A DNA stretch of 64,000 nt from Octopus vulgaris (Eukaryota), in the NCBI GenBank assembly GCA_951406725.2, contig OX597836.1, positions 33,604,001-33,668,000 on the forward strand, written 5' to 3'. The translations under genes were made by a program, and so were the position numbers. The notes below the pieces were generated by a model. The model worked only from the letters and a program-made list of their open reading frames with translations. It made no database searches and was not told the origin of the DNA. This document shows, in pieces, positions 1 through 12,910 of the stretch; position 1 is the stretch's first letter; each line of letters starts with the position of its first letter.

Positions 1-256
1 AATATTTGGGACAGATATGGCCGGTTTAAATGCAAAAGGGTTAAGATAACAGATACGCATTGGCTCAGGAACAGGGATGTGCAGGGGGTGCAAGCACACA
101 TCCTAACTTGTTTTTGTAGGGTGGCAAAGAAAACGCTTTGAACATCCTCCTGAAAAACTTCCAATACCAAAATAAACGAGAGTAGAAACAATGCATTAAG
201 CTTGTTCCTTATTTTATCAGTTTCTTTCACAGAACTGCTAGGTTACTGAGAGACAA

Positions 257-288
<32 letters not shown>

Positions 289-290
289 CA

Positions 291-413
291 TTTCTGTTGA
301 AGAGCGTAGGCTTGAAACATTAAAGACTTTTCCATTCTTCCTGAGTGTTAAACTAATACACCTTGCTTGTCATTCCCTTATCTGCCTTTGTCTTTTGTTT
401 TCTATAAATTTGA
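291..413 (+). mobile_element. Penelope-like element terminal fragment with degenerate hammerhead motif
   Basis: CTGTTGA-AGAGC-GTAG-GCTT-GAAAC followed by sequence homologous to the minus-strand copy at 47415-47575. Confidence 0.55.
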
Positions 414-613
414 ACACACACACACACGCACGCAACAGGCTTCTTTCAGCTTCAGTCTACCAAATCCACCTCCAAGACTTTGGTCAGCTCGAGGCTATAG
501 CAAGAAGACACCTGCCCAAGGTACTACACAGAGGGATTGAACCCGGAACCATGTAGTTGAGAAGCAAGCTTCTTACCACACAGCCATGCCTGCACCTGTA
601 CGCGTGTGCATAC

Positions 614-1022
614 TCTCTTTTTACTCTTTTACTTGTTTCAGTCATTTGACTGCGGCCATGCTGGAGCACCGCCTTTAATCGAGCAACTCGACCCTGGGAC
701 TTATTCTTTTGTAAGCCCAGTACTTATTCTATCGCTTTCTTTTGCCGAACCGCTAAGTAACGGGGACATAAACACACCAGCATCGGTTGTCAAGCAATGC
801 TAGGGGAACAAACACAGACACACTAACACACACACGCATATATATATATATACATATAAATGATGGGCTTCTTTCAGTTTCCATCTACCAAATCCACTCA
901 CAAGGCTTTGGTCGGCCCGAGGCTATAGTAGAAGACACTAACCCAAGATGCCACGCAGTGGGACTGAACCCGGAACCATGTGGTCGGTAAACAAGCTACT
1001 TACCACACAGCCACTCCTGCGC
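614..1022 (-). mobile_element. tRNA-derived SINE, family A (full length)
   Basis: A-box-like TGGCTGTGTGGTAAG, B-box-like GGTTCAGTCCC, central (TA/CA)n tract, 3' CAGTC-AAAT-GACTG hairpin and (GTAAAAGA)n tail. Roughly 30 full or partial copies occur in the window. Confidence 0.9.
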
Positions 1023-1838
1023 ATATTAAAAAAAGAACCCAAAGAGAAATGGCTTCTCCATCTATTACCAACAATCTGTTACCCTATCTTTAATCCTATT
1101 TAGTTCTTGCTTGTCTATCAATTTACCATTCTGTTATTTGGCCAATATTTAGACGTAATTTGGCAACTTTCCTCAATTCTTCCCCCTAACATAATTTTTA
1201 CCATTATTTTTTGGGGAAAATAATTTTTTATTTGTTTCAGAATTTCATTTATTTTTTTTCTTTTTCCATTTTTAATATCTCTATCTTCCTCTCATTAAAC
1301 TCGTAAAGCCGTGAGAATCAAATACTTTTCCATTCTAATTACTGACCCGTGGCGGAAAACGAATACACAACTGTCTGCCACTCATCACTGCCTTTCCCGC
1401 CCCACCAAGAAGAGAATGGGAGAGAGGGTACCAAAATGGATAACATAAAGAAAGCCAAACCAAAACCACCAAAATATCTAAATTCAAATATTAAAATAAT
1501 TCTTTGACTACGCAAAACATGGAACAAAAAAAAAAAATGTTTTTAAAAGATTAAATATGAAATAATAAAAAGCAAAAAAAACCCAGTAAAAACCAAAAAA
1601 TAAAAATTAATAATAACTAAATAAAACAAACAGAAAATAAAAACAACAAATGCTGAGGCATAATAAAATTAATTGTGCTGAGGTTTCTGCAACTAATTAA
1701 ATATTTTCGGGACAAAATAATTAATAAAGAAGCTAGTATTAAATACTTTTCTAAGTCCATTCTACAGTTTCTTATTAAGTTCTTCACACATTATTCTACA
1801 TACACACAGATCATAAATATACACACAGACACACAGAG

Positions 1839-1894
<56 letters not shown>

Positions 1895-2696
1895 AATCAT
1901 ACATATATATATACACACACATGCATACACATACACACACATACATGCGCATACATACACACATACATGCACATACATACACAGGCATATACATGCATAT
2001 ACATACACACATGCGCATACATACACACACATACACAGACATACATATATATGAGCATACATACACACTCATGTGCATGCAAACACACATTTATATACAT
2101 ACGTACGTAAATATGCACACATACACGTAAATATGCACACATACACACACATATACATACACATGTATATAAATATACATATATATATATAACTACACAT
2201 ACACACACACACATACATACAGATACATCCATGCATATGTTTATATTTTCACCACTATATCCCAAATCACAGAAAACAAAAATTTTAGAAAAATATGCAT
2301 ACATAGTTGCAGGCGTGGCTGTGTGGTAAGTAGCTTGTTTACCAACCACATGGTTCATGGTTCAGTCTCACTGTGTGGCACCTTGGGCAAATGTCTTCTA
2401 CTATAGCCTCGGGCTGACCAAAGCCTTGTGAGTGGATTTGGGAGATTGAAACTGAAAGCAGCCCATCGTTAGGGGTGTGTGTGTATATATGTGTATGTAT
2501 GTATATATATATATATATATATATATACATAAAATAATGAAGGCAGCTATAAGAAAACTAAAACCAAAAAGGAAGATTTCAATGGTCACTAATCATCACT
2601 AATAATGCAGGATAGCACCTACATTGCTAGAAATAAGAGGTAAAAACCCTCATAGTCGCAAAGAAGCATAAGTCTATGTACTGTATGTGTGTATGC

Positions 2697-2737
<41 letters not shown>

Positions 2738-2742
2738 TAAAC

Positions 2743-2799
2743 ACAGTTGTACCTTGGTTCTCGAACAACTCTGATCACGAGTAAACCATGCTCTATATA

Positions 2800-2835
<36 letters not shown>

Positions 2836-2884
2836 CACAATTTATTCGTGATCAGGGGTATTCGTAAACCGAAGTACTACTGTA
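2743..2884. mobile_element. Tigger/pogo-like MITE
   Basis: Imperfect TIRs CAGTTGTACCTTGGTTCTCGAA ... TTCGTAAACCGAAGTACTACTG around a (TA)n core; the right end is partly repeated at about 2921-2962. Confidence 0.55.
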
Positions 2885-2962
2885 TTAAATGAATATGAGA
2901 AAGACAGGAAATAAAGTATAATTTATTCGTGATCAGAGCTGTTCTTCGAAAACCAAGATTCT

Positions 2963-3022
<60 letters not shown>

Positions 3023-3030
3023 GATGTGTT

Positions 3031-3071
<41 letters not shown>

Positions 3072-3906
3072 GTAGATGTGTGTGTATGTATGTATATACA
3101 TATATATATAGATGTGTGTGTATGTATGTATATACATATATAGATAGATGTGTATATATATAGATGTGTGTGTATGTATGTATATACATATATATATATA
3201 TAGATGTGTGTGTATGTATGTATATACATATATATATAGATGTGTGTGTATGCATGTATATACATATATATATAGATGTGTGTGTATGCATGTATATACA
3301 TATATATATATAGATGTGTATGTATATATATAGGTTCTTTGGATTGTTGTGATGACGCACATAAGATTTCTTTCTTTCTTTCTTTCTGTATTTATTTATT
3401 TATTTATTTATCTGTGTATTTGCTTATTGGACGACATAAGAGGCAGACTATTTGAATTATCCACTTGACATTATTATTATTATTATTCAGGTCAGAACAA
3501 TCCAGAGGGAAATATATTTATTTATCAAGAGCTACATAAGCTCACAGGTCAAAAACCTGTGACTAGTTTGGTAAGAGTCAATGCACGAAACTCACAGACC
3601 TTGATTCACTCTGTTACTTCTGTTAAATATTAATAAAAAAAAAATATGTGTATGTGTGTGTATGTGTCCACCACCATCAACACCTGACAAACGGTGTTGG
3701 TTTGTTTACATCCCAGCGACTTAGCGGTTCAGCAAAAGAAACAGGATAACCCAGGCTTAAAAATGATTAAGCACTGGGGTCAATTTGCTGAACTGAAATT
3801 CTTCAAGACAGTGCTCCAGCATGACCACAGTCTAATGACTGAAACAAATAAAAGATCCATATGATTACCCACCACCAAAAATAAAAAAAAACAAACAAAT
3901 AACTAT

Positions 3907-4257
3907 AGGCGCAGGAGTGGCTGTGTGGTAAGTAGCTTGCTAACCAACCACATGGTTCTGGGTTGAGTGCCTTGTGAGTGGATTTGGTAGACAGAAACTG
4001 AAAGAAGCCTGTCGTATATATGTATATATATATATGTGTGTGTATGTTTGTGTGTCTGTGTTTGTCCCCCTAGCATTGCTTGACAACCGATGCTGGTGTG
4101 TTTACGTCCCCGTCACTTAGCGGTTTGGCAAAAGAGACCGATAGAATAAGTACTGGGCTTACAAAGAATAAGTCCCGGGGTCGATTTACTCGACTAAAGG
4201 CAGTGCTCCAGCATGGCCGCAGTCAAATGACTGAAACAAGTAAAAGAGTAAAAGAGT
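3907..4257 (+). mobile_element. SINE family A (internal deletion after B box)
   Basis: Same head and tail as the other family A copies. Confidence 0.9.
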
Positions 4258-4418
4258 ATAGAAATAACAATATATAAAAAATTAAAGAGGAAAAACAAAA
4301 CAGCAAAATAAAATCCCTGACAGTAGATAAAAGCAAAAATGCCCCTAAACAGGGGCCAGAAATAAGAGGGCACTTACTAAAAAGTTGGTACCAAAAAATG
4401 GCTACTAATCAACAGGTG

Positions 4419-4444
4419 ACTTACCTGGAAAAGAAGAAGGGAAA
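4419..4444 (-). promoter_or_regulatory. Candidate recursive splice site (3'SS fused to 5'SS)
   Basis: Minus strand reads TTTCCCTTCTTCTTTTCCAG|GTAAGTC. Confidence 0.4.
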
Positions 4445-4706
4445 CGTTTTAAATATTTTAGCAAAGATAATTAGAAAACAATGAAATAACATTTTTGTGA
4501 GAAAAAGAAACAAAACACACAAATGGACATGTGGTCATGTGGCTAAGAAGCTTGTTTCCCCAGCCATGTGGTCTTGGGTTCTGTCCCACCGTGTTGCACT
4601 TTCGAACCAACTGTCTTCTATTAGAGTATTAGGGTCTTGTGAATGGATTTGATAGACAGAAAACGAATGAAGTCCATCATAATTGTGTGTGTGTGTGCAT
4701 GTATTT

Positions 4707-5080
4707 CTGTTTTCTCTTTTACTTGTTTCAGTCATTTGACTGCGGCCATGCTGGGGCACTGCCTTTAGTCGAGCAAATCAACCCCAGGACTTATTCTATC
4801 GGTCTCTTATGCCAAACTGCTAAGTTACGGGGACGTAAACACACCGGCATCGGTTGTCAAGCTATGTTGGGGGGACAAACACAGACACACAAACATACAC
4901 ACACACACACATCTATATACGACGGGCTTCTTTCAGTTTCCGTCTACCAAATCCACTCACAAGGCTTTGGTCGACCCGAGGCTATAGTAGAAGACACTTG
5001 CCCGAGATGCCACGCAGTGGGACTGAACCCGGAACCAAGTGGTTACAAAGCAAGCTACTTACCACACAAACACTCCAGCA
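4707..5080 (-). mobile_element. SINE family A
   Basis: Reverse complement of family A. Confidence 0.88.
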
Positions 5081-5542
5081 CCTATGTGTGTGTATGAGTG
5101 TGTATGTGTATGTATGTGTGTCTACACGTGTGTGTTTTTGTGTTTGTTTCCTACCACCACTTGACAACTGGTGTTGGCTTGTTTCTGTGCCGCCAAAACT
5201 TAGCAGTTTGGTAAAAGAGACCGATAGAATAAGTACCAGGCTTAAAAGATTTTTTAAAAAAAGTACTGGGTGGGGTGGGGTATCGATCTCTGTGAGGATA
5301 GTCACAATACCCAAACTAAAGAAAGTGAGTTTTGGGTTTTTAACCAACCCCTCATCTGAAGATCACCATGCTAGCACCTGTAATTCTAGCACCCAATTGC
5401 AGCCCCCTGCCTTCCATCACTTGTGAATATGGCCATGAGACTGGACAATGTAGTCCTATATACACCATATATTTTATTTTATCTAGTTTCAGCTCACAAG
5501 CTATGGCCATGCTAGGGCACCACCATTTATAAAGTTAACCAG

Positions 5543-5598
5543 TTCCCACACCAGGAATCAAACCCGGGCCACCTGGGTGAGAGCCAGGATTCCATAAC
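5543..5598 (-). pseudogene. 5'-truncated tRNA-Glu pseudogene (anticodon reads CTC)
   Basis: Minus strand GTTATGGAATCCTGGCTCTCACCCAGGTGGCCCGGGTTTGATTCCTGGTGTGGGAA resembles the 3' two-thirds of metazoan tRNA-Glu. The 5' acceptor strand and A box are missing and the B box is mutated. Confidence 0.8.
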
Positions 5599-5847
5599 AA
5601 AAAAAAACAAAAAAACAGTATGATCATGGCTGGAATGTCTTTGCCCTTTGCCCATATGTCTATTTTACAAGGGCAGACATGCGGCTAATTAATAATAACT
5701 TCAAATTTTGGTACAGGGCCAGCAGTTTTCAAATGGAGGGTAAGTTGATTACATCAACTCCAGTACTCAACTGGTACTTATGCGATCGACCACAAGAGGA
5801 GGAAAGGCAAAGTTGATCCTGGCAGAATTTGAACTCAGAACATAAAG

Positions 5848-6135
5848 GATTGCACCTAGAAAGTTTCCCTCCTAGGCACAAGTCTGGGCAAGGTTGATTA
5901 TAGAAAACCAGCAGTCGCCCATTCATACCGGTCTCCTCTCTCCATGCCACTAATGTTATCCAAGGGAAAGGCAAAGGGGCTAAGACAGCTTGGCACCAGT
6001 GATGCCACAACTCATTTCTACAGAAGAGAGAACTGGAGCAACATGAAATAAAGTGCTTTGCTCAAGAACACAACACACAGCTCGGTCTGGGATTCGAACT
6101 CACTACTTCCTGATCGTGGGCCTGGTACTCGAACC
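5848..6135 (-). mobile_element. tRNA-derived SINE family B, subtype B2
   Basis: Carries the TGTGTTCTTGAGCAAGACACTT-like core and B2 3' body. Other copies: 6163-6745 (interrupted), 8374-8695, 20615-20930, 25609-25962, 30229-30557, 62292-62625. Confidence 0.8.
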
Positions 6136-6251
6136 ACTTGCCAGGTCTTCTCTTAAAACAGTAGGGCACCAGTGACATCGCAACTCATTTCTATAGATGA
6201 GTGTACTGGCACAACGTGAAATAAAGTGTCTTGCTCAAGAACAGAACACAT

Positions 6252-6663
6252 AGGCACAGGAGTGGCTGTGTAGTAAGTAGCTTGCTTACCAACCACATGG
6301 TTCCAGGTTCAGTCCCACTGCGTGGCATCTTGTGCAAGTGTCTTCTGCTATAGCCCCGAGCCGACCAATGCCTTGTGAGTAGATTTGGTAGACGGAAACT
6401 GAAAGAAGCCTGTCGTATATATGTATATATATGTATATGTGTGTATATATGTTTGTGTGTCTGTGTTTGTCCCCCTAGCATTGCTTGACAACCGATGCTG
6501 GTGTGTTTACGTCACCGTCACTTAGCGGTTCGGCAAAAGAGACCGATAGAATAAGCAGTGGGCTTACAAAGAATAAGTCTCAGGGTCGATTTGCTCGACT
6601 AAAGGCGGTGCTCCAGCATGGCCGCAGTCACATGACTGAAACAAGTAAAAGAGTAAAAGAGAG
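6252..6663 (+). mobile_element. SINE family A nested in an antisense family B copy
   Basis: Full family A copy; family B sequence stops at about 6250 and resumes at about 6670. Confidence 0.88.
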
Positions 6664-7082
6664 ACTATAGCGCAGTCCGGGAATTGAACTCACTGCCTCA
6701 TGATTGTGAGCTTGACGCCCTAACCTCTGAGCCATGTGCCTTCACCCTGAACATAAATAAAAGACAAAATGCTGCTAAGCACTTTGTCCGGCTTGCTAAG
6801 GATTCTGCCAGCTCGCCACCTTCTACTGCTAAGTATTATCAGTGCCAACTACAAATCACATCATTCCATACCACACCATGCCGCATGTCCACATATGTGT
6901 TTATAATGGACGAGATGCAGGGCCAAACCAGTGGCTGGCGCCTCGTTATTGCATGTGTGGAGAAACAGATGTTCAATGAATAAATCGAGGCAGCGGAAAT
7001 GAGGAAATCCAAGAGGTTATTCACAGGATATTTACAGAACTTAGTTACCACCTGTTCTTTCACTTTCCTTGTCTTTTATTAA

Positions 7083-7113
<31 letters not shown>

Positions 7114-7477
7114 GTTATTATTATATATTGATGCAACGAGAAGCAAAGGAAGTTGAATAGTCACGCATGGATGACTTCAGCAATGACTTAAACAACAACA
7201 ACAACAACAACTATAATCACCACAATAACAACAGCAAGCACTTCAACCACGACAGCAACTGCAGAAGCCGTCAAATGATGTTTGTAGCAAATACGTTTGG
7301 TTCTCTGAGAAACGCTGCATCGAAGGAACGAAATCGGTAGAACCACTACGCATACACATGGAATGTGTGTCATGATGTACTCACCTACTTCCCGATACAA
7401 TGAGAGTTCAAATCCTGCTGAAGCTGAATTCAGATTTTCACCACCTTCCCAATAAAATCAAGTACCAGCTGGTTCAC

Positions 7478-7550
7478 AAAACCACCTTAATTTTCCATAT
7501 CGCAACATGGAGAGAAAACATGTTGCGATATGGAAAATTAAGATGGTTTT
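7478..7550. repeat. 32-bp inverted repeat (hairpin)
   Basis: AAAACCACCTTAATTTTCCATATCGCAACATG, a 9-nt loop, then CATGTTGCGATATGGAAAATTAAGATGGTTTT; one mismatch. Confidence 0.9.
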
Positions 7551-7625
7551 AGAGTCAGATCATGGCTGCTATTTTCAGCATGGTGTTATCTCGTAGATAC
7601 CCTAATTTATAATTTTAATAATTAT

Positions 7626-8027
7626 GAGTGGCTGTGTGGTAAGTAGCTTGCTAACCAACCACATGGTTCCGGGTTCAGTCCCACTGCGTGGCATCTTGGG
7701 CTAGTGTCTTCTGCTATAGCCCCGGGCCGACCAATGCCTTGTGAGTGGATTTGGTAGACGGAAACTGAAAGAAGCCTGTCGTGTATATATGTATATATAT
7801 ATGTATGTGTGTGTGTTTGTGTGTCTGTGTTTGTCCCCCTAGCATTGCTTGACATCTGATGCTGGTGTGTTTATGTCCCCGTTACTTAGCAGTTCGGCAA
7901 AAGAGACCGATAGAATAAGTACTGGGCTTACAAAAAGAATAAGTCCTAGGGTCGAGTTGCTCAATTAAAGGTGGTGCTCCAGCATGGCCGCAGTCAAATG
8001 ACTGAAACAAGTAAAAGAGTAAAAGAG
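7626..8027 (+). mobile_element. SINE family A (full length)
   Basis: Head, body and tail all present. Confidence 0.9.
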
Positions 8028-8070
<43 letters not shown>

Positions 8071-9104
8071 TACATACATGCATAGATACTCATACATACA
8101 TGTAGCCAAGTTTGATGAAACAAAATATTAGATTTCTGATGCAACGAAGTAACAGGTATTTTAAAAAAAACAAGTTATTAGTTTGCTGTTTTCGGTCAGC
8201 TCAAAGCCGACCTCGACTTAGCAGACTGATGACTAAAAGAATTTCAAACACGGTTACACCGGGGTCAATTTATTCGACTAAACCCTTCAAGCATTGTCCC
8301 AGCATGGCCACAGCCCAATGACCATGAAAGCTAAAATATAAAAGAATTGCATAACCCAGACACATGACAGTGTAAAGACCCCCTTCGGTCATGAATGATC
8401 ATGGGATTGCACCTAGAAAGTTCCCCTCCAAGGCACAAGTCTGGGGCAAGCTTGTTTATGGAAGACCAGCAGTCATCCATGCTGACCAGCCTCCCCTCTC
8501 CATGCAACTGATGTTATCCAAGGGAAAGGCAAAGGAGCCGATACCGCTTGGTACCAGTGATGTTGCAACTCATTTTTACTGATGAGTGAACTCAAGCAAT
8601 GTGGAATAAAGGGTCAAGAACACAACACACAGCTTGGTCTGAGATTTGAACTCACTTCCTTTTGATTGTGAGCCAGGCACTCTAACCACTCAGCCAGGTC
8701 CTTGCTTAAAACAGTAGGCTATGGTTTCAGGGAGATTTAGCTGTTATTTCTAGTAGGTTAGACAACCACATAGAAGCCCTCTTATTTCTTATTGTGGCAT
8801 ACTTTGACATCTTTCCGACTTACAGCCACTCTAGGTCTTGAAATGGAGCTAAGACAGCAGCATTTTTTTTTTTTCATGATAAGAACCCCATCACCCTATC
8901 CATAAGACATTTAAGGTGCTGCTAATCTGGTGCTTAGAATGGACTTATTAACAAGAACCTGGCATCAAGGAAGCAATCCATGAAATTACAGAAAGACTAT
9001 CCATAGGAGACTGGTAGGTTTTGGTGGCGGTTTTGTTGTCGTTTTTTTTTTTCCATCACAGAAAATGAATACGGAAAGCAAGATGATAGATAGATAGACA
9101 AACA

Positions 9105-9465
9105 GATATATATGTGTGTATATATATATACACACATATATATACACATATATATATATATACATACACACACACATATATATATATATACATATATATA
9201 TACATATACACATATATATATACATATACATATATATACACATATACATATACACATATATATATACATATACATATATATACATATACATACATATACA
9301 TACATATACATATACATACATATATATACATATATATACATATATATACATATACATATACATATATATACATATATATACATATACATACATATACATA
9401 TACATATATATACATATATATACATATACATACATATACATATATATACATATACATACATATAC

Positions 9466-9505
<40 letters not shown>

Positions 9506-9515
9506 GTATGTATGT
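9105..9515. repeat. Compound (TA)/(TACA) microsatellite
   Basis: Read directly. Similar tracts at about 1800-2230, 2965-3330, 21450-22160, 32570-33065, 41080-41780, 49765-50065 and 61430-61670. Confidence 0.95.
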
Positions 9516-9866
9516 AGAGTGAGAGAGGGGGAGGAAGAGGGAGGGAGAAAGATACGAATGTAAGAGAGAACACCAGAGTCTTGGAGCTGGAGTCACCAGA
9601 AATTATCAGCAGTTGGATTAAATTACTCATATCTATTAATTCACTCCAGTTTATCGAAATTAGTAAACAAGAGTGACAACAACAACAACAACAACCGTAA
9701 CGATGATGATGATGGTGGTGGTGATGATGATGATGATACTAACACCAACCTATGAAAATACATACAGATATTACATATCTAATATCCCTTCTAAATCATT
9801 GACAGTCAAAATATAATTTTGTATAATTTGAAACTGTTCATGTGTGAAATAAAGTGATGCCCCACA

Positions 9867-9913
<47 letters not shown>

Positions 9914-10296
9914 TGTGTGTGCATGCATGTGAATATGTTTACGTAGTGTTTAACATCGAAGGGTGTATGTTATACACAGATATATATATATATGTAACGG
10001 TACAACTTGATACCGAATTCAATTTCTCCAAATATGATGCTAATCCACACGGACATACTGATGATAAAAACTAAGATTTATATTTATGTATGCACCCACA
10101 CACCCAAACACACACACACACACACAGGAGCACAAATGAAAATACAGTCACCTAGACATAAACACACATTTGTGACAAGCACTAACATTTATAGATATGT
10201 ACGCAGCCATACATAGAAGCACAAATGAGAATACACAAGAAATCACACACACACACAAACACTAACATAAATACGTATACATGTTATATACAGAGA

Positions 10297-10712
10297 AGGC
10301 GGGCGAGCTGGCAGAATCATTAGAACGCCGGGCTAAATGCTTAGCTGTATTTCGTGTGCCGTTACGTTCTGAGTTCAAATTCCGCCGAGGTCGACTTTGC
10401 CTTTCATCCTTTCGGGATTGATAAATCAAGTACCAGTTACGCACTGGGGTCGATGTAATCAACTTAATCCATTTGTCTGTCCTTGTTTGTCCCCTCTGTG
10501 TTTAGCTCCTTGTGGGTAGTAAAAAAATAGGTATTTCGTCTGCCGTTACGTTCTGAGTTCAAGTTCCGCCGAGGTCGACTTTGCCTTTCATCCTTTTGGG
10601 GTCGATAAATTAAGTACCAGTTACGCACTGGGGTCGATGTAATCGACTTAATCCGTGTATCTGTCCTTGTTTGTCCCCTCTGTGTTTAGCCCCTTGTGGG
10701 TAGTAAAGGAAT
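10297..10712 (+). mobile_element. SINE family C with tandemly duplicated 3' module
   Basis: Head GGCGAGCTGGCAGAA...GAGTTCAAATTCC (A/B-box-like), body GGTCGACTTTGCCTTTCATCCTTTCGGGGTCGAT; module period 184 bp. Confidence 0.85.
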
Positions 10713-11144
10713 ATATATGTTACATACACAGACTCATAAAAGCACAAATGCAAATATACAAACTCATACAAATCTGCACACATTTCACATACATACTTTC
10801 TTGCAAAGAAAGAAATATGACCACCACAACCCAAAGAACTACTGGAAACTCTAGAATACAAGTCAAAAGTTTTAGACCAAAATTTACCGATGAAAAAAAA
10901 AAAAAATGTAGGCCTACTTATACACTGGGATGGCTTTAGAGGACCAAAATCTCCATATGAAAGGCAACAGGATTTGGAAAGATAGGGAAGTTGTTTGAAT
11001 GTTTACACTAAATACTATGCTTACTTGTATGCTGGGAAATACAGCAATATTGAGTGCCAAAATATGGTCAAAGAGTTCCAGTTGCGACTGTCATGTCTTT
11101 CTGTATTGTCAAGCTTAAGTTCAATTCTTCAAATCAAAATTTAA

Positions 11145-11442
11145 CCCACTGCCTGCCATGAGCCCCATTTGGGGATCTGCTAAAAGCAGTCCCACTGCCG
11201 GTTGTTCGTTGTATGCAAAGTGAGTTGCTTATGCACGTTGCATTTGCAGAGGTGTGTTTAACAATATTTAGCGCAGAAGTGGCTGTGTGGTAACTATCTT
11301 GCTTACCAACCACATGGTTCTGGGTTCATTCCCACTGCGTGGCACCTTGGGCAAGTGTCTTCTACTATAGCCTCGGGCTGCCCAAAGCCTTGTGAGTGGG
11401 TTTGGTAGATGGAAACTGAAAGAAGCCCATCATATATGTATG

Positions 11443-11474
<32 letters not shown>

Positions 11475-12052
11475 AGTGTATGTTTGTGTGTCTGTTTGTC
11501 CCCTAGATTTGCTTGACAACCGATGGTGATGTGTTTACGTTCCAGTAACTCAGCGGTTCGGCAGAAGAGACCGAAAGAATGAGTGCTAGGCTTACAAAGA
11601 ATAAGTCCTGGGGTCGATTTGCTCGACTAAAGGTGGTGCTCCAGCATGGCCGCAGTCAAATGACTGAAACAAGTAAAAGAGAAAAGTTTGTCATTATTAA
11701 CTCTGGCTAATTCTAGAGGACATTTTATGTCATAAATTGCAATTTTTGAACTACAAAAATATTGACTGTTTTGAAAATTTTTTTTTTTTGCATTTCCTAT
11801 CAATCATTGATATTTCATATACATTCGCATTTGATACTATAGTTTCAAAAAAAAACTAAAATGTTTATTATTGCAATTGAATAGAAAAGGATAAATATGC
11901 TTTTTTCAGCGATCCCCATTTGGGACTTTTTGAAAAATTTACCATAAATTCCAAAATAATTCACATATGAAGAAAATTTAAATACTATATATTATTTTAA
12001 CTCCTAAGACACCTGCAAAGCCAAAATTTTTTTTAAATTGGCAGTTAATGGG
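11145..12052. mobile_element. piggyBac-like non-autonomous element with nested SINE A (11270-11685)
   Basis: TTAA|CCCACTGCCTGCCA ... TGGCAGTTAATGGG|TTAA; it splits one unit of the surrounding tandem array. Confidence 0.75.
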
Positions 12053-12910
12053 TTAAAGCCAAAAGAAAAAAATGTTTGACTTATACACCAAGAAGACTTT
12101 GGAGGACCAAAAATTCCATGTAAAATGCAACAGAATTTGGAAAGATAGTGATGATATTTGAGTATTTATACTACATGTTTACACTATATACTACATTAAC
12201 TTGTATGCTGGAAAATAATGTGTGTATGTATGAACCAATGAAAGAAACGTCTACATAGTTGCTAGACCTGTTAGAAATTTCAGCTAAATCTCTTTCAAAT
12301 TGCATCCCTCTGCCTTATATATATGAACTTACCATATTTCCAGGCATACAAGTTGAATTTTTCAAATCAAAATTTACAGCCAAAAAAAAAAAAAAAAAAA
12401 GACAGACTAACTTACATATCAAGATGACTTTGGAGGAGCAAAAATTCCATGTGAAATGCAACAGGATTTGGAAAGATGGTGACACCATTTGAATGCTTAC
12501 ACTAAGTGCCATATTGACTTGCATGTCAAAAAGTATGGCACTACTTGTGTGTCAAATATGGTTAAAAGTGCTCCAGTTTTGATGATACAGTTTCACTGTA
12601 TTTTACAAAATACAAGTCAAATTTTTCAGACCAAAATTTATAACCAAAAGGCTAGGTCAATTTATACACGAAGATGATTTGGAAGGGCCAAAATTTCCAT
12701 GTGAAACGCACAGGATTTGAAATGACAGTGATGATGTTTGAATGTTTACACATGTTTACACTAAGAGCTACTTTCATTTGTTTATCAGATGATGCGGCAC
12801 TATTGAGTGTCAAAATATGGTGAAAGATGTTCCAGTTGTGATTACCACTTTTATTGGTATTTTCTGGCATACAAGAAAACATTTTTCAGATCAAAATTTA
12901 CAAATTTACA

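Noticed and set aside
1675-3362. Many 100-200 aa ORFs rich in Y/I/H/T/C/V/M (also at 9.0-9.6, 21.4-22.3, 32.4-33.1, 41.0-41.8, 49.6-50.1 and 61.2-62.0 kb)
   Set aside because: These are translations of (TA)n/(CA)n microsatellites, which lack stop codons.
4639-5426. Recurrent ORFs containing FQSFDCGHAGA or RGYSRRHLPK
   Set aside because: These are translations of SINE family A, not a protein family.
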